In this document: positions 1-15,562 of the stretch, piece by piece
Layout of the letters: the number at the start of each line of letters is the position of its first letter
How positions within the stretch are numbered: the first letter of the stretch is position 1
Assembly: GCF_009914755.1 (NCBI RefSeq)
Contig: NC_060928.1
From: the human T2T-CHM13v2.0 reference genome, Homo sapiens
Length of the DNA: 64,000 nucleotides
Strand: one strand, 5' to 3'
Notes under the pieces: model-generated
What the model was told of the DNA's origin: nothing
Seen by the model: the letters and a program-made list of their open reading frames with translations, nothing else
Databases searched by the model: none
Program-made: the position numbers and the translations under genes

Positions 1-899
1 AGCTCAGAACTACAACCTAAAATTACAAACATTTAGAAAAGAAAACTTCTAAATAGCAGTACCATGTGTCTCAGAGTCTGTGCATTTTAGCCTTAATGAA
101 AGCTTTCTTCATGAAAGCTCATAAAAACTTACTCACAGCTGAGTCATCTATCTTTCACAAAATTATAAGAAATTTGACCAGTTTGTTTCTCAATTAGAAG
201 CAAATAGTGCACAGACAGTAAATGACATTCAAAAAATTGTTACTTCAGTGTTAATAGTGCTAATAAATATAAAATGAAAGCTGACAATTATGGGCCAAAC
301 AAAATACAGAATTCTAATAATCTGACAGGAATTAACCTAAATTGAAGTAAACATATATAACTAAATATCCTAATGTAAAAACCTGTCCTATTATATTTTT
401 TAAACCAATAATGGCCATAATGGTGGACTCAAATGGTTGAACTTTTCTTAATATGTTTTTCTTAAGTTAAAGATAGCCAGCAATGAAAATATATTTTCAT
501 CAAAGTTCTGACTTGTACGGATTTCTTAAAATAGCTTGCAAAATCATTTATTCCATAAGAAAATTGAATTTGTTTAAAAGGAGCTTATGAAAAACACATG
601 AATTGATTTGGATCAATTAGGTCATTTTCAAATAGAGAAAATATTATTCTTTAATATTCAAACTCATAACATAGCCCTAAAAAAGACCCTGTTTCTGAAA
701 TTATGGAGCAAAGTCTATGACATAACTATTGAGGTAGATAGAATCTTTAAAATAAGATACCTTTGATCAAAATTAAAAGAACCAGAAAAGAATAACTAAA
801 TAATACTTTTTTAGTTGTAAAGTTTGCATATATTCTTTTTAGTCTTACACATTTGCATTAATTTTATCCCTTCTTCCATTAAGTTGTATCCTACTTTTT

Positions 900-1210
900 T
901 CCTCAATAAATAGGTATATTGACCTCTTACTATGTTGCAGAAACTTTTCCAAGTCTATAATACAGTACTGAGAAGGCAAATGTATCTCTGCTCTCCAAAG
1001 TTTACAATTGTAATCAGATATATCAGAAAATAACAAGTGCTAATGTGAAAATAAAGCATCTGAGGAGATAGAAAAGAGAGTATCAAAGGAATATTTCAGA
1101 TTTCACTATACATTCTTTCTGAGCCTGTAATGTTTAAGCTGAGGCCAAAATGAAAAGAAATAGCCAGGCTTGCAGAGTCAGTGGTAAAGAATTTCAGGAA
1201 GGAAGCAGTT
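900..1210 (-). mobile_element. L2 LINE fragment (degraded)
   Basis: Resembles the antisense L2 3' end (ctcaataaataggtatattgacc...tatctctgctctccaaagtttaca...tttaagctgagg); recognised by eye. Confidence 0.45.
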
Positions 1211-1229
1211 ACATCTTTGCCGATTGAAT

Positions 1230-1410
1230 AGCTTTCCTCTTTCCTTTCCTTATTACACTGGCTAGAACTTCTGAAATGCTAAATAAAAATAGCAAAAGCA
1301 GACATCTGGTCCTGTTCCTGCTCTTAGGGGTGAAATGTTCAATTTTTTACCGTTATGTATAAGATTAACTATGTATATTCATAGATGTTCTAAAACAACC
1401 TCTGTTAAGA
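1230..1410 (-). mobile_element. Old L1 (L1M) ORF2 fragment, antisense
   Basis: cttattacactggctagaacttc...gcagacatctggtcctgttcctgctcttagggg resembles antisense L1M ORF2. Confidence 0.7.
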
Positions 1411-1563
1411 TCCTTCTTTCCCTCCCTCCATTCCTCCCTTCCTTCCTCCCTCCCTCCTTCCTTCCTTTCTTCCACTCTCCCTCGCTTCCTTCTTTCCTTC
1501 CTTCCTTTTCTTTCCTTCTTTCTCTTCCTTCCTTCCTTCCTTCCTTCCTTCCTTCCTTCCTTC

Positions 1564-1618
<55 letters not shown>

Positions 1619-1680
1619 TCATCTTTCTTTCTTTCTTTCTTTCTCTTTCCATCTTTCTTTCTTTCCTTCCTTTTTCTTTT
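1411..1680. repeat. Compound polypyrimidine microsatellite (CCTC/CCTT)n-(CTTT)n
   Basis: About 270 bp almost purely C/T; explains ORFs 1335..1712, 1365..1652 and 1405..1758. Confidence 0.97.
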
Positions 1681-1990
1681 TATTTGATCCATATTTTCTT
1701 GTGAGTTTTTGAACTTCTTTAAGAGGATTATTCTAAATTCTTTTTTCAAACATTTCATAGATCTTCAGCTCTTCTGGGTTCATTAGTGGAGCTTTGTTGA
1801 TGTCATATGTCCCTGAATTTTCAGCCTTTCAATTTTTACTTTGAAGCCTGTGTTTCTGACAAGATGGTTAACATTTTCCGGCTTTCTCGGGTACTCTTTG
1901 GTGGTGTTAGACCTTTTCTACTTAATATAAGAACTTAATATCCGGCCTGATGTTGCTTCATGTTCTGGGGTGGACTTAGACTAAGTACTG
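1681..1990 (-). mobile_element. Old L1 ORF1/5' region fragment, antisense
   Basis: ttgaacttctttaagaggattattctaaattc...catagatcttc...ggagctttg resembles the antisense L1M ORF1 start. Confidence 0.55.
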
Positions 1991-1994
1991 TAAC

Positions 1995-2338
1995 TAAAAC
2001 AGAGAGTAGAATGGTGGTTACCAGGAGGTGGGAGGTGGGTATGGGAGGATATTGGAGAAGTGTTGTTCAAAAAATATAAATCTAAGTTAGACAAGAGGAA
2101 TAAGTTCAAGACAGCTATTGTACAACATTCTGCTTATAGTTAAAAATAACTTTTTGAATGTTGCTTAAATTAAATCTTGAAGATTTAATTGTTCTTACCT
2201 GACCAAAAAATGATAAGCATGTGAGGCAATGCTTATGTTAATTAACTTGATTTGCCTGTTCTACAGTGGATGTCTATTTCAAATACCATATTTTACACCA
2301 TGGATATATACATTTTTTTTTTGTCAGTGAAAAAAAAG
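1995..2338 (+). mobile_element. L1MA-type 3' UTR fragment (L1MA5/6-like)
   Basis: agagagtagaatggtggttaccagg...gaggaataagttcaagacagctattgtacaac...atgtgaggcaatgcttatgttaattaacttgatt, ending in an A-run. Confidence 0.8.
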
Positions 2339-3409
2339 CCACATCCTAGCACTGATAAGACATTGAAAACATCCTATTCTAGGCAGAAGAACAAGAATGG
2401 CAAGCTTCTAGGAATGATAACATGGCCTAAATAAAATGAGCTTTGCAATTAGATCATAACATAAGACACACTGATCAAACCCAGAGGTAGGGGCAAGAGT
2501 GTACCCTGAAATGACCTGGAAAATTAGACATTGTGAATCTAAAGAAATCTGAACTATCAAGAAAAAATGCTGGAGATTCTCACAAAATCTGTGTATGCAC
2601 CTATGGGAGATGTATGAGCCTCCCAATCTATGGACATTTTTCAGTGGATAATTTTACCTATTGAAATTCTCTTGGCTAGTTCTTATTCTACAGCTGAATT
2701 TTAACCACTATTTACCTACAGGGAAACCAGTGGATACTGGAAAAAATTTTCATAGGACTAGAGTAATTCCTGGGAGATAGAAGGGCCTTGAAATGGAAAC
2801 TTTCCCACTGGAAACCAGTATCTATTAAACGAAAAGAAATTTGATTATGTGTTTAGAACTTTCTAATCCTGAACTAATAAAGCCATGGCTACTAAAATAT
2901 ATTCCTATGAGAAATAATATGTATGGAACAGGTACATTTTGTTATATGGAGCGAAATAAGGGTTTTATAATGACAGATTTATATTATAGCAATGTACTAG
3001 AATACTACATAACAGTGGTATAATACAGGAATCATAGGTAAAAATAATAGTGGAAAAGCTGGAAAACTCATGGTAATACTGATGTTAGTGATCAATTGTA
3101 TTGGAAGATTAAATAAAACTCTCTCAAGACATTATTTATATGGTAGAGAATTTGCCTAAAGCAGATTTGAATGTAATTAACAATACAATCATTATGGTTC
3201 TTAATTATACAGCATATGAATACTAACACATGCAGATAACAGATATGGGAAACAAAAGAATTTGTAAAGTTATTTCAGAAACCTATTTCATGAAATTTGT
3301 GTTGGTACTATTGTATGCTTAAACTGTGTGTTAAAATCCATATTACCAGTTATTGCAGAGTTAGGTATCTGTACATTTTTACTGCCTAACTGATCACATG
3401 ATATTATAA

Positions 3410-4050
3410 TGGAGGTAAACTGCTACCAAATTAGGAGTGATTGTTTTATCATAAAAAGTCGTTGTCCTTGGGTCAGTGAGGGTGAACGATGATGTGACAG
3501 TCCATTCCAACAAGCCTGGCATTGGTGTGAGTTATTTTGCTAAAGTGGAAGTATATCTACATAGCACTGACCACTTGTCATGCACAAATGTACTGACTGA
3601 CTGTTTTTGCAACTTTGTGTCTGAAACAAGTTTGGGAGCATTTTGTGCCAGCTTGTCCATATTATTGGTAACAGAAAGATTGATTCTTTGCACCTGGTTT
3701 CAAGGAGATCCCCATAGGCTTCCATCATGCTTGATCTCATAGTAGTAATGTGCCTATGTGACCAGCAGTGTATGTGAAACCCCAGCCATTACTCCAGGTT
3801 GAGATCCCTGGTTCTGAGGAGCTCTGCTTCATATGTCAGTGGTTCTTGATCTAAGAGAAAAAATGAATCTGGTATAATCCCAAAAAGGGACAACTGAAGT
3901 CTCTGCTTGGTATCTCCAGACTGCTTGATGTGAAACAACATTTGGCAACAAGCATATTTTTATTTAAATGCTTTTTGCTATATTGTATCATTTTACTACA
4001 GTAAATTTCAGTTTTATAAACTTTGACATATTATGTGCTATTTTTCTGCA
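3410..4050 (+). mobile_element. Degraded LTR, MER21/MER68/MER77-like group
   Basis: gtgcctatgtgaccagc motif and ...gggacaactgaagtctctgcttggtatctccagac; GC higher than flanks; family and boundaries approximate. Confidence 0.45.
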
Positions 4051-4231
4051 TCAAATGAACTGTATTTGATTTTCAACATTAGTGTAGTTAGCATATTAGT
4101 TATCATATTAGTTTCATTTTATAAAATTGGGGGTACTTTAGAGTTTGGAGCATAAATTTTAACTTATCAAACTTTATTTAAGTAATGTCATATTATTTCA
4201 TGCACAGTATAAGAACATTATAAAGTACACT

Positions 4232-5704
<1,473 letters not shown>

Positions 5705-5716
5705 AAAGTAGACTTT

Positions 5717-7560
5717 AATTTCTTATTCCCAGCCCTTGTGCTACTGTTCTCCAACATTTATATTACTTATGTGATGAAAATAGCAAAATATTTTAATATA
5801 TTTTCTTTAAAGTTTCAATGCTTATTTAACCTAGTTTATAATACAACCACATCTTACATTTACAAATATTATCTTTTTCAGTATTTTTTATTCCTTTATA
5901 AAAATGTAGATTTCCATTGTTTGTAATTTTCCTTCTTTTTAAAAAGTTTCTTTAATTTATACAGTAAGTTGACTTACGAGAAATTCTTTCAGTTTTTCTA
6001 AGTCTAAAGATTTTTTTTATGTTGTCTTTATTTTAAAACTTATTCATTCCAAATATTGACTTAAAATTTTAGGTTGATGGCATTGGTTTTGTTCTCTATT
6101 TTTTTTCGTGTTATACAGCTGTTTACTCCACTATCTTCTGGCTTGGATTTTATCTGATGAAAGTCTGTTGTTCTTCCAATTACTGTTCCTATGTGTACAC
6201 TATCTATCTTTTTTTTTTGTGGTAGCTTTTACATTTCTCTTTATTGCCAGTTTTAAGCAATTTCACTATAATTTGTTCTGATGTAATTTTTTTCAACAAA
6301 GTTTCTTATTCATGGGGTTTGCTAAGGTTTTTGGATTTGTTGGTTAATATTTTCAATGAACTTGGAATAGTTTGAGCTACTAATTTTCAAATCTATATTT
6401 TAGTCACACTCCTTTTGTTCACCTTTGGGGTTCCAAATTACACTTGTATTAGGCCCCTGGAAATCACCTCACTACTCTCCGATGCTCTGTTAATTTGATT
6501 AAAACATTTATCCCTCTGCGTTTCATTTTTAACAGTCTATTGATATTTCATTAGGTTTACTAATCTTTTCCTACTATTTATCCCATTCAGTACTTTTCAT
6601 CTCAGGCATTGTGTTATTTATTTCTAGAAGTTCATTTTGGGTCCTTTTTATAACTTCCATGTATCTACCTCACACGTGCAGTGTTCTCTCTAGCTTTTTG
6701 TACAAGCAGAATAGTTATGATTGTTTGAATGTCCTTACCTACTAATTTAACATCTGCTACTTCTGGGTCAGTTTTGACTGATTAATTTTTTTCTCTCTAT
6801 TTTTTTTCTTCTTGGCATGTATGGTAATTTTTAATTGGATACCAGAAATTGTGAATTTTACCATGATAAGCACCTTATATTTTTTCTATAAATATTGTTG
6901 ATTGTGTGTGTGTGTGTGTGTGTGTATGTGTGTGTGTGCCTGTTCTTGGACATAGTTAATGTACTTGGAAGTAGTTGATCTTTTCAAAGCTAGATTGTAA
7001 ATTTTGTTAGTTGCAACCACAGCAACTTTAGTCTACATCTGATTTTCCCCACTAACAAGAAAAGATCTTTCCTGATTGTCCAATGCCCCATTAATTGTGA
7101 GTTTTTCCACTCTTCATGTCAGGGACCTGAATTATTCCCTCAGTGTATGAGCTCTTGAGTTTGTTCTACCTGTTCCATTCTGGTGCTTTTTTCTTAAGCC
7201 TTCTGTAGTTTTCTCATACATGTTCACTGATCAGTACTCAGTGAAGAATTGAGAACCCTCTGAAAATTTTGAAAGCTGTCTCACTTTTATCTCTGTCTCT
7301 CTGAGCAGCTCTCTTATATTTGCATATTAATCCCTCTGTGTGTCTGTCACCTATATATTACTTAAAACTTTTTTAAAAATTATCTGAAAATTATACTTTT
7401 CTTGAACTACTCAAACTTTTAATTATATCTCTTCAACTACAAAAGACTTCTGGGATCTCTGGGTTCCTCCTCTCTGCATTGTAGCCTGAAAACTCTGTAC
7501 AGGCAGTAAGCTAAGTCTTTCACTTACTTTGCATCTTTAAGAGATCCCTGTCCTCTGCTG
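5717..7560 (-). mobile_element. Old L1M (L1MC/L1M4-like) ORF1/5' region, antisense; host of the L1PA insertion, continues left of 4222
   Basis: T-rich antisense L1 signature (ccactatcttctggcttggattttatctgatgaaagtctgttg; ccaaattacacttgtattaggc). Confidence 0.7.
6903..6938. repeat. (TG)n microsatellite
   Basis: Direct reading; one TA interruption. Confidence 0.97.
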
Positions 7561-7565
7561 CAATT

Positions 7566-8710
7566 GAAACAATCAACAAAGTGAAAAGACAACCAAGAGA
7601 ATGGGAGAAAATACTTGTAAACTACCCATCTGACAAGAGATTAATAACTGGAATATACAAGGAGCTCAAACCACTCTATGGGAAAAAAATCTAATAATCC
7701 AATTAAAAATGTGCAAAAGATTTAAATAGACATTTCTCAAAAGAACACATACAAATGGCAAACAGGTATATGAAAAGGTGCTAAACATCATTAATCAGCA
7801 GAGAAATGCAAATCAAAATTCCAATGAGTTATTACCTTACCCCAGTTAAAGTGGCTTTTGTCTTAAAAAAAAAAAGCAGTAATTTTATCTTTAAAAAAAA
7901 AAAAAAAAAAAAGCAATAACAAATGCCAGCAAGGAATTGGAAAAAAAAACTGGAGCCCTTTTACCTGTTGGTGGGAATGTAAATTTGTACAGCCACTATG
8001 GGAAACAGTATGAAGGTTTCTCAAAAAACTAAAAGTGGAACTACCATATGATCCAACGCTACTGCTGCTAGGTTTATATCCAAAAGAAAGAAAATCGGTG
8101 CATAAAAAGATATCTTCACTCCCATTATTGCAGCACTATTCGCAATAGACAAGGTTTAGAAGAAATCTAAGTGTCCATCAACAGATGAATGCATAAAGAA
8201 CATGTAACACAAAAGCACAATGGAATACTACTTACCCATAAAAAAAGAATGAGATTCTGTCATTTTCAACAACATGGTTGGAATTGGAGGACATTATTTT
8301 AAGTGAAAGAGGCCAGGCACAAAAAGACAAGCTTCACATGATCCCACCTCTTTCTGGGATCTAAAAATTAAAACAATTGAACACATGGAGATAGAAGAAT
8401 GATAGTTACCAAGGGCTTGGAAGGGTAGTGGGTTGTGGGGGAAATGAGGATGGTTAATGAGTATCAAAATATAGTTAGATAGAATTAATCAGATCTAGTA
8501 TTTAATAGCACAACAGGAAGGTTAGAGTCAACAAGAATTTATTGCACATTTAAAAATAACAAAAAGAGAATGTTTTTAACACAAAGAAATGATAAATGCT
8601 TGAGGTAATGGATACTCCGTGTGATTACTACATGTTGCATGCATGTATCAAAATATCTTATGTGCTCCATAGATATATACACCTGTTATGTACCCATAAA
8701 AAATTTTAAA
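7566..8710 (+). mobile_element. 5'-truncated L1MA (L1MA3-like)
   Basis: ORF2 end (aaacaatcaacaaagtgaaaagacaacc) through 3' UTR (agatctagtatttaatagcacaacagg...gataaatgcttgaggtaatggatac...gtacccataaaaa). Confidence 0.88.
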
Positions 8711-10001
8711 AATTGTATGTGGTTAAGTATTATTTCTGAGTTCCACTCTAATTGACATTTTCCAATGTCATTTCACAGTGCCTTGGAAATACGACCTATT
8801 GAATGTCTACTTTCATGAGGTTAGTGACATAATTTTAGGTTTAAATATCCAAAATTTCAAATCTTTTTCTCTGGAATGTTAAAATAACGTGTATGTGCTG
8901 TTTATTGGCTAAAAGTGCTATCCATTTGGTCATCTAATCAAACTTTCTAAAAAAGTTATTTTACAACTTTTATGTCAATTTATTTGTTGTATATTAAAAA
9001 CAGTTTATTTCTAACACTTTTATGTCACCTAATACCATTTTCAATGTTTCAGTTTCTCATTTCATAAATCTTTGTGTTGTACATTTTAATCTCATAGATA
9101 TTAAATATATATGGACATATATTTGGAAAAAATATATAACTAAATATTTAACACTTCTGTTTATTTTACTTTAGTTTCCTTATTTCCACTATGCCTTAAG
9201 AGATGACTAAAACTACATTTGTTTTAGTTATAACAACACCTTTAACTTAATAGTATGTGTTGAAATTAGAAACAAACACCATTTAATCAAATTTACGCAA
9301 ATAAATTTTATATCTGATTATAACAACTCATTATGATATTTTACTAAATTTGTCCACTAAAGTAATGATCTGCTATGAAGCTTTAAGAAATGTTTATTGC
9401 CTTACTATAATTAAAAGCAAATGTACTCCATATTTTTCACAAAGTTTGAGCTGCAATGTGATTAAACACATTGTGTGATTCCTATAAGGAGGATATATTT
9501 TTCTTATTTGAAAATGATTATATTTACTCTCTCATTATATAAATAAATGAGATAAATTTTGCTTCTGGAGGTTCAGGAAATACAAATCAGCCAATTTATA
9601 GTGGACTTCTCTGTGAAAAATTAGATTTAAAATGCATTTAGTCCCCAAATTAATGAGTTTGGCTATCATCCAGGTTAATTACGAATTAGACTCTCCTATT
9701 TGCTTAGCAAATTTCAAGATGGCTGCATGTAAAGTCAATAAGAGGATCTTAAGAGGCTGGTGAAATGTAAGCAATGGAAAAGTAGTTAATAATCAAAATA
9801 TACTTTTTAGAAGGTGAAAAATTACCTTTATAGCAATTAATTAAATAGTAATTAAACAAAGTGTTTATTTCTCGTTTCTTGTCATGTACATAGCAATGCC
9901 TTGCCCATCAACTTCAAACAAATGGTTTAGCTCAGATCACCTCCGTGAGGTACAATGTAATATGACAAGTGAGCCTATTATCAAACACTCATTATTAGCG
10001 T

Positions 10002-10504
10002 TATGCTTGGGAAAATGATGACCTGTAAAGATGTTCACGTCCTATCCCTGGAACCCGTGAATGTGTTCTCTTATATGGAAAAAGATAACTAAGTTTCAGA
10101 TGAATTTAAATTTGCTAATCAGCTGAACTAAAAATTGGGAGTTTTCTCTGGATTATGCAGGTTGGCCCAGTGTATTCCAAGGGTCCTTAAAAGTGGAAGA
10201 GAAAGATAGATGAGATCAGAGTGTTGTGATGTAAGAAAAGGACTCAATTTGCTGCTTCTGGCTTTGATGACAGAGGAAGGGGGCCAAGGAATGTAGGTGG
10301 CCTCTAGTAGCTGAAAAGGAAAAAGAAACACATTCTTTTATAGCATCTCTAGAAAGAACTCAGCCCTGTTGACACCTTGATTTTTTAGCTCACTGAGACC
10401 CATTTTGGACCTCTAATATCAAAAATTGTAAGGTCATATATTTATGTTGTCTTAAGTCCCTAAGTTTGTGACAATTTCTTGCAGGAATAACAGGGTTTTA
10501 ATAA
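10002..10504 (+). mobile_element. MaLR solo LTR, MLT1D-like
   Basis: aaagatgttcacgtcctatccctggaacccgtgaatg...gctaatcagctga...ggggccaaggaatgtaggtggcctctag...gacaccttgatt. Confidence 0.85.
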
Positions 10505-12589
10505 AGATGCTACACATTAAATAAATTGAAAACACCTCCATGGTCTGTAGTATAGGAAAAAATGCCTAAAAGTAGTGGCTGCTTTGATGAGTTATCCTAA
10601 ATTGCTGCTCAATATAACATTAGAAGTATTATCTTTAAAATCATTAGATACATACATATATTCTTCCAAGAATATCAACAAAGCTGTCTTAGGACATCTT
10701 TCCTGGTTTGGTATCAATAGTTCAGTTTTAGCTCTTTGTTTTCCTTAGATCAATAACAGAAATCTCTTTCAATTTCCACTTGACACATACTAAATTGGTG
10801 TGACTCTAATTGCCACTTGGAATGCATCAAGTAATTTTACAATGAGGTCCCACCTATGCCATTCCCACTATTTGTTCTGCATATCAGCTATAAATAGAGT
10901 ATTTTGAAGGAACTCAGTCATGCAATTTGTTTATAACACCTCTGGGCACATAATAAAATGTTAAGCATATATCTAAAGAAAACTAGTTCATTTTTATTAT
11001 TGTATTATTATAAAAAGACGAGGGGACACGCAGTAAAATGTATAAAGAAAACAAACCATTTGAAGCTAAAGCAATATTGGAGATCAAATGGAGATCAATT
11101 TGAAGCAAGGCTGTTATAAGAAATAATAGAAGTCATTAGAGAAATATAAGTGTCCATATAGATATTTTATATAGAATATTGTTTTCAACATTATTTGCTA
11201 AGAGCGCTGTATTTTTTTTAAGTTTTTGTTAAATTTGTCCCATGGTACACTGGCCAGCACTTCAGAATGCTACAACTAGAAAGAAATCTGAAGACATAAA
11301 CCTGCTGAGTTTAGTGCTAATGCATTTTGAAAATACATTGAATTCTCCATAGTTTAAGCATAGTTGGACAATATTTTTTCATTTTAAAAATTAACGAAGA
11401 CTTGAGAAAACTAGGAAATATTTTTAAAGCTTTGTTAGATCATTGAACCGCTTTCAGCCAGAAACTGTACAAAACTGAAATAATCTGCTTTGTATTTTAT
11501 GATACCACCATGTTATTCCTGTAATTTACACACTTACAGTGCTGTAAGTAAAAGACATTGAGATTAAACCCAATAACCTACTCTAAATCTTCACTACAAT
11601 AATTCAAAAAAAGTTACAGTGATGCCAGGTTGCCTAAAACCAAACAAATATCGTTCTGCTCAAGTTCCTATTTTTCTTTAATTCTTAATTTATATTTAAT
11701 GAGATATGCAAACTTTATCCTTTTTTTATTGTTTTTAAGCTGTGTCAGCATTGTCTTTTGTAGTTGGTATGAAGTACTAGCATAAAGTAGTTATTTTTAT
11801 AATTACCACTGCATTTGACAAAACAGAAAATATTTTTAATAAATGAAAATTATGTTTTTTCAATTTTATGTTTTATTTTAGAATGATTATACTGCTTTTA
11901 GAACTAATTTTTCTTACCAATATATATTTGGTTTGCTGCCAGTATTTTTAACAGTCAATAGGGTTTATCGTTCCTCTTTTGACTAACCAATACATCATCA
12001 CTTTTGGCTGGGTATCATTTATTTATAAACTAGAAAATCATATCCTGAGGCACAGTACCACAGGAACTTTTAAGATTTAAATGGCAGAAATGGTAGGAAC
12101 AAGAGGGGATGAAAAACTAAAACCACTGAATGAGAATTTCCATTATATGAATATATTAAACTGTCATTTTCAAGTCCCTTTGATGTTCACTATCACTTAC
12201 CAATCATATTATCAATTTGAAATTTTTATTTAGAACGGCTCTGCTAACATGATTTTAAATGAAATTTTGGAGTAAAAAATTATTTCTATATACATTTTAT
12301 TATCAAATACAACTCTTTTAACAAGAGATGGAAACAGAATCTTCCCTATAATATGATTATGTCTGTGTGTCCATAATATTGGCCTAATGACTGTGGAAAA
12401 CATCCTTTTTTACATCTAGAGCTCCTCTCTTTGAGTGAAATGCAAAATGAATCTGCTTCATCTTAAATAATCTGAAAACAACTTTTAGAAAATCAGTGAA
12501 ATAACAAATGAGAAAGTCGGCTGGTAATTAAATATGTATCAAAAATGTAATTAACTCTATGAATTTATGAGTTTTATTTCAACCTCTGA

Positions 12590-13100
12590 TTCTTCAACCA
12601 TACATGTATTTGTTAAGCAAATATATATTGACTTTTTTAGGTGCTTGTGATATAAATAAAATAAATACAGATTTTTCTCTCAGAGTTTATATTCTATTTG
12701 TGGAAAGAATTGTATAGGCAGGTGGGTTGGTAAGTAGGCACAGAGGTAGATAGGTAGGTAGATTAGATGATAAATACATACATGATAGATGATAGGTAGA
12801 TAGATACATTTCTCTGTATGGTAAATAAAACAGTGAAAGAGGAGAGTGACAGAGCAGCTAAGTAAAGTCTTTTTAAGGAGAAATTTTATTGAGAGTGGAT
12901 CAATGAGTACCAGGAAGGGAACCAAGACTCTGGGAAATGAGCTTTTGGGATAGAGGGAACAAGAAGTGAAAGCTTGAGACAGGTTCTTTCTATAGAAAAT
13001 GGTCAAAAAAAGGCTTATGAGGCTAGCATGTGATCAGGGCTTACATTTAGTCTTAAGTGTGATTAGAGAGCTATTAACTAAGGCATCCTGATTTGAGGTT
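12590..13100 (-). mobile_element. L2 fragment containing a degenerate GATA/GGTA repeat (~12715-12808)
   Basis: L2-like 3' end and purine-rich body; repeated taggta/tagata units. Confidence 0.5.
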
Positions 13101-14364
13101 TTGCAAAGAATATTAAACTCAATTATAAGTGTATAAAAGTATCTGGAAATAACAGTTTTCAATAAATATTAGGTTTTCTCCTACTCTCCAAAACTTATGT
13201 TTAAAATATTTACATAGGCAGTTTTGAAGAATAAAAGTAGCATCATAAGCATTGGAGATAAACAAATCTGGTTTAGACTCTTTGCTCTGACACCTATTAA
13301 GTATGTGATTGAGGCTGACAGTTATTAAAAGCCCCTTCAAGCAGCTTTTGTCTCTCCCTAAAATCAGAATTGCTTCTACAATTAAGCAGGACATTTCCCC
13401 ACTTACCTTACCAAAAATGATGGTTAAATATAACATATAACAGGAATATTAGATATATAAATAGAATATAAACATTGAACACTCAAAATATTAATATATC
13501 ATAAAAATAGCATTATATATCAGTATAATCATAATGGTAATAGTCTCATAATTGAGGAGATCGCTAAAGCAAGAGACATGTTGGTAAAAATTAATATCAA
13601 CACTGAAATGAGTAAAACTTTGTTTTACTATGCTCTCTTTGTTCAGAGAAAATATAAAAAGCCAGAATTAGGCTACTCTTTTAATGAAGCTACTCTCTTA
13701 TAAATATTTCTAATCCTATGACTTTCATTAAGATGATGTTTATTTAGCTCAATTTGATTTCACCTATCTAGGCTGATTTTAAATTAGCCCTGATATAGTA
13801 TGTATAATGTTAACACATTTTGTGCATAGATATTTGTTTTATATAAATATTATGACTCTATGCTACCAGATATACTATCACTAAAGTAATTAAAATGAAT
13901 TAAAAGAAGTGGAAAAAAGTCTGATTTTTCCCTAGGTCCATCTGGAAGTTTTTAAGCTTCTATAACTCTACTCAGCTCCACAGCATCTAAGAAATTTAGA
14001 ATCAGCTTCAGGCTAATATTTTTCATTTCTAGTGTTCTAGCCTCAACTCTCTCTCAAAATTTTTGTCAAAAATGTTAAACGTCAATGACAGGTGGACATA
14101 ATTGTCTTTCTTTCTTTTCTATTTAAATTTGGATATTTATTATAGTTATACTGTATATTTACTACTACTTCAGAGGGAAGCAAGGTGAATAATTTTTGTT
14201 TTGTTTTAGGATTATTGAATACGTTGGAAAGAACTGAATATTATTGCAAATCTTAGATTTGAGTTGTTTGCAATAAATGCAAAGACTTGTATATTTCCTC
14301 TTGGAAAACAGAGATGTTTATTTCATGTGTGAAAACAAGAGAGAATATAATCAAAAAAGAAGAT

Positions 14365-15250
14365 TGTAGACAACACCAGTGAGGTGCAACCCAATCTCAT
14401 TTCCTCTTCCTTGGTCTTCAGGATGACTATTTTTCCTAACTTTTTGTTAGTTAAAGTGGCTACACTCTGAATTTGTGGCAATGGAATGAAACAGTTATGT
14501 GTCTCACTTTTAGCACTGTCCCTGAAAATCTGTTACAAGACCCTCAATGTTTTATTTCTTTCCTTTTCCTATAGCTGAAATATTCATAGGTCATGAAGCC
14601 ACAGAATGGAAGAGGCCTTGATCATCTAATCACAGCTTGGAGGGTAGCTTAGACAAGAGGGCCATCCAACCAACGTTGCGATTTATAAGAATAAGAAGTT
14701 AACTGATAAAGACACATGCACAGGTATGTTTATTGTAGCACTGTTCACAATAGCTAAGACTTGGAACCAACCCAAATGCCCATCAATGAAAAACTGGATA
14801 AAGAAAATTTGGCACATATACACCATGGAATACTATGCAGCCATAAAAAAGGATGAGTTCATGTCCTTCGCAAGGACATGGATGAAGCTGGAAACCATCA
14901 TTCTCAACAAACAACACAGGAACAGAAAACCAAACACCGCATGTTCTCATTCATAAGTGGGAGTTGAACAATAAGAACACATGGGCAAAGGGAGGGAACG
15001 TCACGCACTGGGGCCTGTCGGGGTTTGGGGGACTATGGGAGGGATAACATTAGGAGAAATATCTAATGTAGATGACGGGTTGATGGGTGCAGCAAACCAC
15101 CATGGCACGTGTACACCTATGTAACAAACCTGCACGTTCTGCACAGCTATCCCAGAACTTAAAGTATAATTAAAAAAAAAAAAAGAAGTTAACTGACTTT
15201 TTATGTCTGTGATACTTGGAAGCATATTTATAAAAACAGTTTCCTCAATA
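14365..15250 (+). mobile_element. Old MLT1 LTR interrupted by an L1PA insertion
   Basis: cccaatctcatttcctcttcc...gaatttgtggcaatggaatgaaacag...gaagccacagaatggaagaggccttg; an MLT1-like 3' end resumes after 15196. Confidence 0.6.
14707..15182 (+). mobile_element. Short 5'-truncated L1PA7-like element
   Basis: ORF2 tail [20 protein letters not shown]; 3' UTR gtagatgacgggttgatgggtgcagc; polyA; perfect 14-bp TSD aagaagttaactga at 14693-14706 and 15183-15196. Confidence 0.95.
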
Positions 15251-15562
15251 GTTGAAAAAAAAATACAAAATGCCAACTTCAAAGAAAGCATGTATGATAC
15301 ATAAATTTTTCATTTATGTATGCAGAGTGTCTTCCAAGATACCTGTCTCACAGTGGGTGCTCAACCAATTTATGACCAACATATGGACTAACTAACTGGT
15401 AGACTGAATAGATGGATGTCTAGAAAGCTAGAAAATACACATCAAATAAAATAAAAGTCATCCCAGTATACTATGGCTTCTTTCTGATGTAGGTATAGCA
15501 TAACTTATCTTTTATCAACAAAAATATGACAATAAAATCAAAGATATATAGGGTCCTTGTTC

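Noticed and set aside
1335-1758. Long K/E/R-rich and F/L/S/P-rich ORFs
   Set aside because: Translations of the (CCTT)/(CTTT) microsatellite.
9865-9955. Possible small exon (pyrimidine tract...catag / gag gtacaa)
   Set aside because: Weak splice signals of a kind common by chance in AT-rich DNA.
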